Assembly (NCBI GenBank): GCA_030390025.1 | Contig: CM059438.1 | Span: forward strand, 35,650,001-35,714,000 | DNA from: Squalus acanthias | Lineage: Eukaryota | Direction: 5' to 3' | Length of the DNA: 64,000 nt | Shown here: positions 1 to 10,576 of the stretch, one piece after another | How positions within the stretch are numbered: the first letter of the stretch is position 1 | Layout of the letters: each line of letters begins with the position of its first letter | The notes under the pieces: model-generated | The model's input: only the letters and a program-made list of their open reading frames with translations | Databases searched by the model: none | Told to the model about the DNA's origin: nothing | Translations under genes and position numbers: made by a program

Positions 1-35
1 ACATGTTTTGCTCCCCCACTGCTGGGTATGGTGGT

Positions 36-890
36 GATTAGCTGAGCCATACAGACTAAAGAGGTCCCAGGTTCAATCCCCGATTTGTGTAGAGTTAGCT
101 GATCTCAGTGGGGTGTTAAAACTGGCCTCAAGTGTCAGCCGTGGCTCAGTGGGTAGCACTCTCGGTTTGAGTCAGAAGGTTGTGGGTTCAAGTCCCACTC
201 CAGAGACTTGAGCACAAAAGTCTAGGCTGACACTCCAGTGCAGTACTGAGGGAGTGCTGCACTGTCAGAGGTGCCGTCTTTCGGATGAGACGTTAAAACT
301 GAGGCCCCGTCTGCTCTCTCAGGTGGACGTAAAAGATCCCATGGCACTATTTCGAAGAAGAGCAGGGGAGTTATCCCCAGTGTCCTGGCCAATATTTATC
401 CCTCAATCAACATCACTAAAAAACAGATTATATGATCATTATCACATTGCTGTTTGTGGGAGCTTGCTGTGTGCAAATTGGCTGCCGCATTTCCTACATT
501 ACAACAGGGACTACACTTAAAAAAAGTACTTCAAAAATTGGCTGTAAAGCGCTTTGGGATGTCCAGTAGTTGCGAAAGTCGCTATATAAATGCAAGTCTT
601 TCTTTTAAGACCTTTGGTTAGAGAGCTGAAAACTAGCCAGAGTTCCTGCTCTTTTTTTGCTATCAACTGACCCTGCTGGAAATGCTTTGTGTGATCATCA
701 CTGAGAATAGGAATAGGCTTGGAAATGGTGCCCATCCCAGTTGAATAGCCGGTTGCTGACTGTCTAAGCTCAAACATGAAGAATGAACACTTGATAAGGT
801 ATCAGAAGGTGATTGATCCCCATGGAACTGTACAGCAGCAAGGAATCTATGTCTTCAGGCAAGGAGAGGAGAAAACTGATGGGGGAAAAA
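36..890 (+). mobile_element. Old, diverged tRNA-derived SINE-like repeat (family not named), interrupted by a younger SINE at 132-606
   Basis: The segments gctgagccatacagac..aggtcccaggttcaatccc, ccctgctggaaa, aaacatgaagaatg..cacttgataaggta and ccatggaactgtac recur in diverged form near 2090-2400(-), 11005-11385(+), 16700-16900(-), 33960-34505(+), 42525-42680(+), 43380-43680(-) and 59900-60280(-). Boundaries are approximate. Confidence 0.55.
132..606 (+). mobile_element. Full-length tRNA-derived DeuSINE (SacSINE1/AmnSINE1-like)
   Basis: A-box tggctcagtggg and B-box ggttcaagtccc; central Deu-like body (gtgcagtactgagggagtgctgcactgtcagaggtgccgtctttcggatgagacgttaaa); L2-like tail gctatataaatgcaagtctttcttt. 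A near-identical copy lies at 15675-16095. Confidence 0.85.
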
Positions 891-1041
891 AAGGAGGAAT
901 GGAAAATATTGGGAGGACATGGCAATGGTGGGAGAATGGGGAAGCATTTCGGACTTGTGACACCCATGTTTCTCTCTGCTGCTGTTAGATTTTCCCTTCC
1001 TGTTGATAAAACCTCCCTATAATATAAATGAGCTGGTTCTT

Positions 1042-1297
1042 AAAAGATCCAATGGCACTATTTGAAGAAGAGTAGAGGAGTTTATTTATCTCTCAAGCAA
1101 CACCCTAAAATCAACAGGTTATCTGGTCATTTGTCTTATTACTATTTGTGGGACCTTGCTGTGCGCAAATTGACTGCTACGTTTCCCTACTTAACAACAG
1201 TAGCTATGCTTCAAAAGAAATTAATTGGCTGTGAAGCACTTTGGAACATCCTCAGGTTGTGAAAAGTGCGATATAAACGCAAGTTTGTTCTTTCTTT
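1042..1297 (+). mobile_element. 5'-truncated DeuSINE (SacSINE1-like) fragment
   Basis: aaagatccaatggcactatttgaagaagag...gatataaacgcaagtttgttctttc aligns by eye to 332-606. Confidence 0.75.
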
Positions 1298-1989
1298 CAC
1301 TTCTGAGTGCTCAAGATAATAACAGTGGTTTTAGGATTAATTCGAGGAAGTCTGCAAAGTGAGAAAAGATCTGCAGCATAGAATTTCAAGGATTTTTTGT
1401 TTAAATGATACTTTATTGTACACCTGCCAGGTCGCTTGCCACACTTTCAACAACTTTCTGCTAGACTGCCACCCAGGCAAACCACTGGCTTACATCAAGT
1501 TTTTATAGTCCGGGTAGGGACTTTCCAACATTAACTGCATTTAAAGACTTTAGAGTAGGGATTTTCCAGTAGTTACATGTAATAACATGGATGTTGTACA
1601 GTTACATGTAAGGAGCTTTCATTGATAACTTGAATGTTCAGAACTCAGGGTTACAATTAACAGAATATTCTATAATTAAACAAGATAACTATTCAATTAT
1701 AACCAGGGCAGTTAGTAATATTTCTCTGCAACAAACATTGCTCACCCAGTTCAATTTTTATTGAACATAGAATACAGCTTTAATACTTACCAATTTGTAC
1801 AGGTGGAATGCTGGAGAATTTAGTTGAGGCGTTAAATAGGTAGTGACTGGAGGAAAAAAAATTTTGCAGCAGCCAGAGTTTGAAAGCATGGTGGATGGAT
1901 TACCTATTACTTGTATTCTGATTCCAATTGACATGATGCCAAGTGACTAGTATGTGACAGTAGTAACTCATTTTTTTTACAAATATATG

Positions 1990-2028
<39 letters not shown>

Positions 2029-2561
2029 TCTGCAATAGCAAATTTAAACTTTTGCTGCTATATGGAATGTGGACCCTTTTTTCTTACCAATTGACTCCCT
2101 TTTCCTCATGTCCTGACAGCTTGATAAGGTATAGTTCCATGGGCTCCCCTCACCCAAGCGACCGTTATTCACATGACCCATGACCGTGAAAGTTGGCAGA
2201 CTATACAACAATAAGGGGCATCACAGTTACGCTCAATCTTGTTCTTACTCAATGTCTATACACAAGCCTCCTGCAGGGGTTGCTGGATAGAAATCTGGAG
2301 TGGGAGCCCTGGCAGCTTTCTTCCCCCTCCATAACCCAGAGGCCCTGAGGCCAGTTTAAGCACTTTATTGCCATCCCAGCACAGACCAGAGATGGCTCAG
2401 TTAAACCCACTGAAACTGGATGTGCAACCTATTTAATGGCATCAGATTGAATATGTAAATTAAGTTGTGTTTCATCTTTCAATGTATTTAGCATTTTATC
2501 ATCTGGGGCTGGTTCAGGAACAGCATAATCATTTATTTTTATGGCATGTCACATGTATCTC

Positions 2562-2864
2562 ACAGAATCCCCACAGGGCAGATAGAGGCCATTTCGGCCC
2601 ATCGAGCCTGCACCGACACATATCCCACCCTATCCCCGTAACCCCACGTATTTAATCCCCCTAACACTAAGGGTCAATTTATCATAGCCAAATCAACCTA
2701 ACCCGCACATCTTTGGACTGTGGGAGGAAACCGGAGCACCCGGAGGAAACCCACGCAGACACAGGGAGAATGTGCAAACTCCACACAGACAGTCACCCGA
2801 GGCCGGATTCGAACCCGGGTCCCTGGCGCTGTGAGGCGACAGTACTAACCACTATGCCACCGTG
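2562..2864 (-). mobile_element. V-SINE (HE1-like shark SINE)
   Basis: Minus-strand tRNA head (ggtggcatagtggttag...ggttcgaatccgg), V-domain gtctgtgtggagtttgcacattctccctgtgtctgcgtgggtttcctccgggtgctccggtttcctccca, and a CR1-type tail (gatgggccgaaatggcct). Confidence 0.85.
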
Positions 2865-2905
2865 TTGACAGTCACCAGTATTCTAACCAAACATCAGCAT
2901 TAGGT

Positions 2906-3037
2906 ACAAAAGCAAAATACTGTGGATGCTGGAAATCTGAAATAAAAACAGAAAATGCTGGAAATACTCAGCAGGTCAGGCAGCGTCTGTGGAGAGAGAA
3001 ACAGAGTTAACATTTCAGGTCAATGACCTTTCGTCAG
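2906..3037 (-). mobile_element. Solo Penelope pseudo-LTR fragment with a hammerhead motif, flanked by a direct repeat
   Basis: Reverse complement of 4704-4830. The direct repeat tcagcattaggt at 2894-2905 and 3034-3045 is the likely target-site duplication. Confidence 0.75.
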
Positions 3038-3094
3038 CATTAGGTGTTGATTGAGTACAAGTTTCAGACTAGTGGTACACAACCGATCATTTAG

Positions 3095-4834
3095 GCCCAA
3101 CCAGTCCCCATCCACCACCACCCTCCTCCGCCTGGCTGAACTTGTTCTCACATTGAACAACTTCTTCTTTGACTCCACTCATTTCCTCCAAATCAAAGGT
3201 GTTGCTATGGGTACCCGCATGGGTCCTAGCTATGCCTGCCTTTTCGTGGGATATGTGGAACACTCTTTGTTCCAGTCCTACTTGGGTCCCCTCCCTCACC
3301 TCTTTTTCCGGTACATTGATGACTGTATCGGTGCCGTCTCCTGCTCTCGCCCTGAACTAGAACATTTCATTCACTATGCTTCCAATTTCCACCCTTCCCT
3401 CACCTTCACATGGTCCATCTCCAACTCTTCCCTTCCCTTCCTTGACTTCTCTGTCTCCATCTCTGGGGATAGGTTATTGACAAACATTCACTACAAGCCC
3501 ACTGACTCCCACAGCTACCTGGACTACACTTCCTCCCACCCCGCCTCCTGTAAGGACTCTACTCCATTCTCCCAGTTTCTCCGTCTCCGCCGCATCTGCT
3601 CTGATGATGCCAGCTTCCATACCAGTGCTTCCGACATGTCTTCCTTTTTCCTCAACCGAGGATTCCCCTCTGCTGTGGTTGACACGGCCCTCGACTGTGT
3701 CCGTTCTATCTCCCGCACTTCTGCCCTAATCCCTGCCCCTCCCTCCCGGAACCATGATAGAGTTCCCCTTGTCCTCACCTTTCACCCCACCAGCCTCCAC
3801 ATTCAACGGATCATCCTCCGCCATTTCTGCCACCTCCAGCGTGATCCCACCACCAAACGCATCTTCCCCTCACCTCCCCTTTCAGCATTCCGCAGGGACC
3901 GCTCCCTCCGCGACACCCTAGTCCACTCCTCTACCACCCCCAGCACCCCTTCCCCTTCGCCCGGCACCTTCCCGTGCAAGCGCAGGAGATGCAACACATG
4001 CCCTTATACCTCCCCCCTTCCCACTGTCCAGGGCCCCAAACATCCCTTCCAGGTGAAACGGTGATTTACTTGTACTTCCTGCAATTTACTATACTCTTTT
4101 CGCTGCTCACGATGTGGTCTCCTCTACATTGGGGAGACCAAATGCAGATTGGGTGACCGCTTTGCGGAACACCTCCGTTCAGTCCGTAAGGGGGACCCCG
4201 AGCTCCCGGTGGCCTGTCACTTTAATTCACCGCCCCATTCCCACTCAGACCTCACCGTCCTCGGCCTCTTGCATTGTTCCATGGAAGATCAGCATAAGCT
4301 CGAGGAACAGCACCTCATCTTTCGATTAGGCACTCTACAGCCCTCTGGACTCAACATAGAGTTCAACAATTTCAGATCATAACCTCGGCCCCTATCACAT
4401 ATATATATATATATTTTTTATCCACACTTTTGTTTGGCCTTTTTTTCTTCCCTCCCACATGGCAGCTGTCCTTCATTCTGCCAGCGCAATTCACACTTCA
4501 TCTAGAGCCATCCTTTGTTCCTTAACCTGTCCCATTTCCACCTCCTCTTGCCTTGAATATCTCTTAATGTCTCTCAATGTCTCTTAATCTCTCCTGCTTT
4601 CTATCCTATCACTGACCTTCCCTTTTGTTCTTTCATCCCCTCCCCCTTTTCCCAGCCCTAAACTTGCTTTAAAATCTATTTCATTTCCTGCTTTTTTCCA
4701 GTCCTGACGAAAGGTCTTCGACCTGAAACGTTAACTCTGTTTCTCTCTCCACGGATGCTGCCTGGCCTGCTGAGTTTTTCCAGTGTTTTCTGTTATTATT
4801 TCGGATTTCCAGCATCTGCAGTATTTTGCTATCA
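3095..4834 (+). mobile_element. 5'-truncated Penelope-like retroelement (RT + GIY-YIG endonuclease) with 3' pseudo-LTR
   Basis: RT motifs QIKGVAMGTRMGPSYA, FRYIDD, LPFLDF and HYKPTDSHSYL. The same frame continues past one TGA (4062-4064) into CSRCGLLYIGET..RFAEH..VACHF..EQHLIFRLGTLQPSGLN (GIY-YIG) to the stop at 4382. 10-bp target-site duplication gatcatttag at 3085-3094 and 4835-4844. Confidence 0.92.
4700..4736 (+). ncRNA. Minimal hammerhead ribozyme motif in Penelope pLTR
   Basis: CTGACGA-A-AGGTC-TTC-GACCT-GAAAC-GTT. Stem I (agtc/aact) has one mismatch next to the core. Confidence 0.6.
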
Positions 4835-6081
4835 GATCATTTAGCTTGTGGGTTAGGAACAACAACAACTTATATTTATGTAGCTCCTTTAACGTAGTAA
4901 AACATCCTAAGGCACTTCATAGGAGGAAAAGCACCATTATATTAAATGATTTTCGACATATTGCCCCTGATGAATTATGAGTGCAGAATGGCACTGTACT
5001 TTTAAAAAATATAAATCATACAAAAAATGTTGTAATGTGACTTAACCAGGATAAATTGGTGTCATCCCTTTCCAGTGCGCGAGAGCAATCAGGGGAGTAG
5101 GAGTGAACAAACCTACCAGAAAGTATATGTTAATTGAAATTCAGAAATGGTAACAGCAACATTAACTGTTGTATTACCCTGGGTCTTGCACACTGGTGTG
5201 TATCATTGCTATGAGCATCTGCACTAATGCTAAGATTTTGCTCACAATAAGTTGGAATTTCCTGTTGAATAAATGCTTAATGCTTTTGTACATCACTCCT
5301 TCATCCACTATTTCAGTCAAGACTTAAAAAAAAAGTTAGTGGCTGCATGAAAATGGTGGACAGTGGGATGCCATACCAACATGTCAAGCATTTGACTGCT
5401 AATATTCCCAAACAGTCACTTCTAATGCTTTGTATATATTATATGAAAAACAACTAAAAAGCATGTGAGAACAGCATAACTGGCTTTTCAATACAGCTAT
5501 CAGCAGCCTCTGAGGAGAGAAAGGAAAGCTCATAGAATACAAGGAACATTAAAGATCCCATCACACTTGAAGCTACCTTCATAAAACCTAGATAAAGAAT
5601 AAATCAAGCTTTAATTAGCTTTAATGTACTTGTTGTGGAAACGGAATACATAAGGGTGGGGGGAAAGGAGTTAACTTTTTAAATAAATTGAAAACCAAAC
5701 TGAGGAACGATGGCCAAGGTGAGTATAAATCAGGAAGTAGTGATTAGGTTAGATGACACCAACATTGGGTTTAAAAGCCTGAAGATTGTCGCAGGAAGGC
5801 AAGACTGAAGGAAGCCAAGAGTTGTGTGGTTTTGTGGTTGTGGGAAAGAATGAGTTTGAGTAGGAGACTTGCCATAAGTCTTGATTTGGATGTAGAGAGG
5901 AGGAAGAGGGTGTAGAGACTTAGAAGGGACCTTCAGAGAAGCACTGGCCATAGTAGTGCCAATAACATAGAGAAAAGATCACAGTGGAGAGAGGCTAGAG
6001 GCAAGTCTGTCAATTGGATCAATTTATTACACATTTGGTATCGGAGTGGTGGGTTTTTTGTGCTGCACTAATCCTATAGAA

Positions 6082-6321
6082 AGAAAAGAACGACTTGCCT
6101 TTTATATAGGTCTTTCACAACATCAGGACGTCCCAAAGCACTTTACAGCCAATTAAGTATTTTTTGAATTGTAGTCATTGTTGTAATGTAGGAAATGTGT
6201 CAGCCAATGTATGCACAGCAAGCTCCCACACACAGCAATGTGATAATGACCAGATAATCTGTTTTAGTGATGTTGGTTGAGGAATAATTGTTGGCCAAGA
6301 CACAGGGAGAACTCTCCTGCT
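6082..6321 (-). mobile_element. DeuSINE (SacSINE1-like) 3' fragment
   Basis: Reverse complement of the SINE tail and body (caggacgtcccaaagcactttacagccaat...cacagcaagctcccac). Confidence 0.75.
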
Positions 6322-6410
6322 TATAGGGGCAGAATAATACTGCCGACTTCGCACAAAGCAGAGACTTGGCACCAGTGGACACACCGTGTGAAACAGTTAT
6401 GTTCAGAAAC

Positions 6411-6447
6411 AGTTCTGACGAAAGGTCTTCGACCTGAAACGTTAACT
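6411..6447 (+). ncRNA. Minimal hammerhead ribozyme motif, intact copy, in solo Penelope pLTR (about 6404-6510)
   Basis: AGTT-CTGACGA-A-AGGTC-TTC-GACCT-GAAAC-GTT-AACT: stem I AGUU/AACU, 5-bp stem II, palindromic AACGTT in place of stem III. Confidence 0.7.
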
Positions 6448-7139
6448 CTGTTTCTCTCTCCACGGATGCTGCCTGGCCTGCTGCGTTTTTCCAGCGTTTT
6501 CTGTTGTTATGGTAAAAAAAAGCCCAACGCACTTTATGAATTTTATTTCTGAACTTTTTTTAAATCTCAAGTGATCCACAGTATCGTCATTCAACTGCTG
6601 ATGATACCTGAGCTGTGACAACCGGGTCAGATTTCACTGACATCAGCGTGTCGTGTGTCCAACTGAATGACCATCTCCTGAACTCCGCCTTCCTTCCATT
6701 GGCCGGCCATTCCAACGGGAGCTTCCTGTTTGGATGAATAATCGAGGACAACATTGAAGGGAGACTTTGATAAAACTTCATCAACCTGGAGTTGTCGGGT
6801 CTGTTGGAACAAACAGTTCCCTGATGAACGGCCATTAACTACTATACTTAATAGGGAGGCATTTCAATATTTTAGACTAATACACTTATATTACATAAAC
6901 ACGTTTTAAATGGGATTAAAATGGACCTATTGAGTATCCTTTTACTTTGTATCGATTTATGTGTCTGTATTGTCATGGTTTGGGCAATTTTCCAAACAGG
7001 GAAAAGTTCAAAGATGAATTGTGCACCAAACTAGTTAATCGTTTCTGGGTTTGATCCAGTGTCTGCGGTGGAATTACAGCCCTTTCCTCCTTCCAGCAGT
7101 CTGCCATTTATCTCAACACCTCTCTTTTTATATATCCAG

Positions 7140-7811
7140 GAATCTGCGGTTGAGTTGATCTTCGCCGCTTTCTCCACCACGGCGAGTGCCAGCACATCCC
7201 TGGTGCTCCTGCTCCTCCAACACGCCCAGGTCCTGGAGAAAGTGAGGCAGGAGCTGCAACAGCACGGTTTAATCCGTAATTGCCAGTGCAATCAGCTCCT
7301 TACAACCCGGGATCAAACCGCTCCCCACAAGGACAGCCAGCTCTCCCCGGGCACTGAAAACAAGGCGGCAGCTCAGGACCCGGACGGCCGGCGTGACTCG
7401 GTGACCCGGGACAAACAGACTTGGGCTGAAGGGTGCCAGCGGTCTTTCACCCAAGAGAATTTAACCCGGGACAAGGGCTGGCTTCAATCCGCTACCTCCA
7501 TAGGTAAACTGGTCCAGGATAACGAGTGCCAGCAAATCCGCATCAACCAAGACAGCACAATCCAGGATAAAGAGTACTTTCAGCCCCTCCTCACTCGAGA
7601 TAGTGAGTGCCCGGAAGCCGAGTCCCCCGAGGCCACAGGGACAGAGACTGAGGCGGGTCAGCTGTCCCGGGATTGCGACTGCCAGCGCTACCTGAGCCTG
7701 GACACTCTCAGCCGCCTGCGCTATCTCGACTGTGTGGTCAAGGAGGTGCTGAGGCTACTCCCCCCGGTCTCTGGGGGCTACAGGACAGCGCTACAGACCT
7801 TTGAACTGAAT
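7140..7811 (+). CDS. cyp26c1: Cytochrome P450 26C1, penultimate coding exon (I-helix to post-K helix), 224 codons
   Basis: Acceptor tccag|GAA, donor AAT|gtaagt, phase 0/0. [28 protein letters not shown] and [43 protein letters not shown] are CYP26C1-type (ExxR motif). Lies immediately upstream of cyp26a1. Earlier exons were not found in 1-7139. Confidence 0.93.
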
Positions 7812-7842
7812 GTAAGTAGCACTTAACGCCGTGGCAGGAAGT

Positions 7843-8330
7843 GATAGAATCAGAATCGTGCAGGCCATTCGGCCCAGCGTGCCTGTGCCGGCTCTTTGAA
7901 AGAGCGATCCAATTAGTTACACTCCCCCCCCCCCCCCCCCGTAAATGTTGCCTTTTCAAGCATTTTTCACCCAGAGGGTGGTGGGGGGTCTGGAACTCAC
8001 TGCCTCAAAGGGCGGTAGAGGCAGAAACCCTCATCACATTTAAAAAGTATTTGGATATGCACTTGAAGTGCTGTAACCTACAAGGCTAGGGACCAAGAGC
8101 TGGAAGGTGGGATTAGGCTGGATAGCTCTTTTTGTCTAGGCACAGACACGATGGGCCGAATGGCCTCCTTCTGTACGGTAAATTTCTATGATTCCTGTAG
8201 GCAGAAAGTTACTATTGAATCTGCCTCCACCATCCTTTCAAGCCGTGCATTCTAGATCATAACAATTCGTTCTGTAAAAATAGTTCTCCTCATCATCCAT
8301 CTGGTTCTTTTGCCAATTACCTTAAATTTA
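7843..8330. mobile_element. Nested CR1 LINE 3' fragments: a + strand tail (about 7966-8195) inserted in a - strand tail
   Basis: aggccattcggccc (minus tail) at 7862; cacccagagggtggtg...gatgggccgaatggcctccttctgt...ttctatgattc (plus tail); the minus copy resumes at gaaagttactattgaatctgcctccacc. Confidence 0.7.
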
Positions 8331-9333
8331 ACTCTCCTTTTACAAGCATTCTTGTTTGCAAAATCATCCAGTATCACCAGGCGAATGTGGGCACGGTATC
8401 ATTCAGTTCAATTCAATTTTAATGACTGTAGACGAATATTTTAATTTCTGTTGTATTTAGCCTTCTCTGTTATTATAAAATCTCCGCCTTCCCCACCCGC
8501 AATGAGCAGAGGGGGCTCCCGGGGGAGGGCAGACTGGGGCCCACAGCTAAACTGAAAGGGTAAACCCAGCCGAATGAGTGAAGCTAAAACAAAGAGCTAA
8601 AGATGAACACGTTTAAACACGCCCGTCTGTTCGAGGTATCTTACCCCCAGACATGAACCGCAAGCGTGGCCGTGTCAGTTAAAATACAGAAATGTTATAT
8701 TTTTAAGAGTTTGCAGTAATAAATATCGAAATCCATTGTCAGAGCATTGCCTCGCAACGTGTATAAAAAGAGGGATCCCGGCGAAAATCAATCCTAGCGG
8801 CCTCCAGATTTGGCCCCAGGTCTTAACTATAGCGAAATATCCCCCTACCGGGTACTTGGAGGCGCAAACACCGCCACAAATTTAATCAGAACATTGTTGG
8901 GTATTTAAACTACACTTATAAATGCATACCTTAGGTTCTCCCGCTGGTCCGCCGTAACTTCGGCGGATTAGCCGCGGAAACCCCGCAGAGTGGTATTGCC
9001 AATGATGCCTCTCAGGAGGAGACCCTGGTACCGCTGTCTGCCTGGCAAGGATTTGACCCCCTCTTGTCAGTTTCCTAATGACTATCCGGGGAATGGGGAC
9101 GAGCAGGATTTCTATTGATCCAAGATGACCCACACGGTAAATGGAGATTAGAACTGAGTTGAACTTCTATGGACTCCTCAATCTGATATTGAGCCAGGTA
9201 GTCCACAGTCCTCCAGGTGTTTCAGCAACAAGTCTACCTCCTTAAAACAATACTGCGGATGCTGGAAATTTGAAATAAAAACAGAAGATGCTGCAAATAC
9301 TGAGTTCTGATGAAGTGTCATCGACCTGAAACT

Positions 9334-10051
9334 ATGGTGCCGATCACACCGTCCTAAGCCTTCTAAAAGGCCCCGCAAGTTCCGGGATGCCACATGTGCT
9401 GCGCATGCGCGCGAAAACCTGGAACTTGCGATCTGTCTCGGTTCGCCTTGACGGATCTACCGCACCGACCCAAAAACACTTTCGCTGGCACAGAGTTGGA
9501 CTATTTGCTCAGCTACAGCCCATCAAATGCCCACAAAACCCTTACGCCTGGTAAAAGCAGGCGTAGCGTCTGCTTTTACCAGTATAAGGGTTAAAATAAA
9601 TGTTCAATTAAAATTAAAAAAATGATTAAAACATACAAAAACATTTAAAATGAGTTTATGTAAATTTTGGCCCGGATTAAAATTATTTTTCAAAAAATTA
9701 AATTTTTATTTTAAATGCTTAATTAAAGGGACTTTTAATTAATTTTGAACATGGGGACATTATTTTTATTTCAGTTGTGTTCATTATTTATTTATTTGGG
9801 GATTCCGTTCGTAAATGGAATCCCCATAAGCTTATGATGAATCCTCCTTTCTAATTGGTTGACCTGGCCCACGTGATCTAGGGACGCTTCTGGACCGCTT
9901 GCGTCCTTGGGCTCCGTGGGCCGATGCGCAGGCATACGCCTGCAGGCCCAGGACCCAAAGACTCCGAAGCCCGGGAGCCAACAGGTAGGTTAGGATTTTT
10001 CCGAAGTAGGCGTACTCCGGAGGTACGCCTCCGACCGCAAATTTCGCCCCA
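9334..10051. mobile_element. Non-coding insertion, probably a non-autonomous DNA transposon, splitting a Penelope pLTR
   Basis: The pLTR reads ...gacctgaaac at 9332 and resumes aactctgtttctctctccacag at about 10054. The insert has GC-rich ends and an AT-rich core; its right end is gcaaatttcgcccc. Confidence 0.55.
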
Positions 10052-10076
10052 TAAACTCTGTTTCTCTCTCCACAGA

Positions 10077-10576
10077 TACTGCCTGACCTGCTGAGTATCT
10101 CCAGCATTTTCTGTTTTTAAGTCTAGCTCCTTGATAGGACCTGGGCATATAGATGTGTCAATGGGGTCTGGGATTCTTTCCACACGTTTCTAATAACCTT
10201 TCAAGCTGAACTAGGTGGTCCTAGCTGGTCAAGCAGGGAAAGAGTAACAATGTTCTAAGCTGGTAAACTGCACAGTTTTACCGTCTTAAACTCCAGCGGT
10301 ATTCTTGTTGCATACTTGGTGGTCACTGGGCCTTGGTTCTGCCAACCTGCACCCGAGTTTATTGGGCTTAGGTGCATAGGATGTGTCTATGTGGGGAGAA
10401 AATGTGCAGTCCATCAAAAACTCTTTCCCTGCTGACCAGCTAGGGCCACCTAACTCAGCTTGAAGGGTTACTAGAAAAATCCCAGATCCCACTGACACAT
10501 CTATATGCCGAGGTCCAATCAAGGAGTTAGACTTAAAAACAGAACATGCTGGAAATACTCAGCCGGTCAGGCAGCA
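10077..10576. repeat. Long imperfect inverted repeat (arms about 10077-10245 and 10420-10576)
   Basis: gtttttaagtctagctccttgataggacctgggcatatagatgtgtcaatgggg is the reverse complement of cccactgacacatctatatgccgaggtccaatcaaggagttagacttaaaaac with few mismatches. Confidence 0.85.

Noticed and set aside
132-205. tRNA gene (also at 2790-2864 and 15675-15745)
   Set aside because: The A/B boxes belong to SINE heads that continue into SINE bodies. No full cloverleaf or terminator.
2906-3037. Left inverted pLTR of the 3095-4834 Penelope element
   Set aside because: Each piece has its own flanking direct repeat, so two separate insertions fit better.
7059-7139. N-terminal part of the 255-aa ORF
   Set aside because: Intronic polypyrimidine tract. 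CYP26 similarity starts at the AG acceptor (7138-7139).
7290-7670. CYP26C1 insertion read as an unannotated intron
   Set aside because: No convincing donor and no polypyrimidine tract plus AG at its ends. The frame stays open for 381 nt and is bounded by the CxC motifs. RNA data are still needed.
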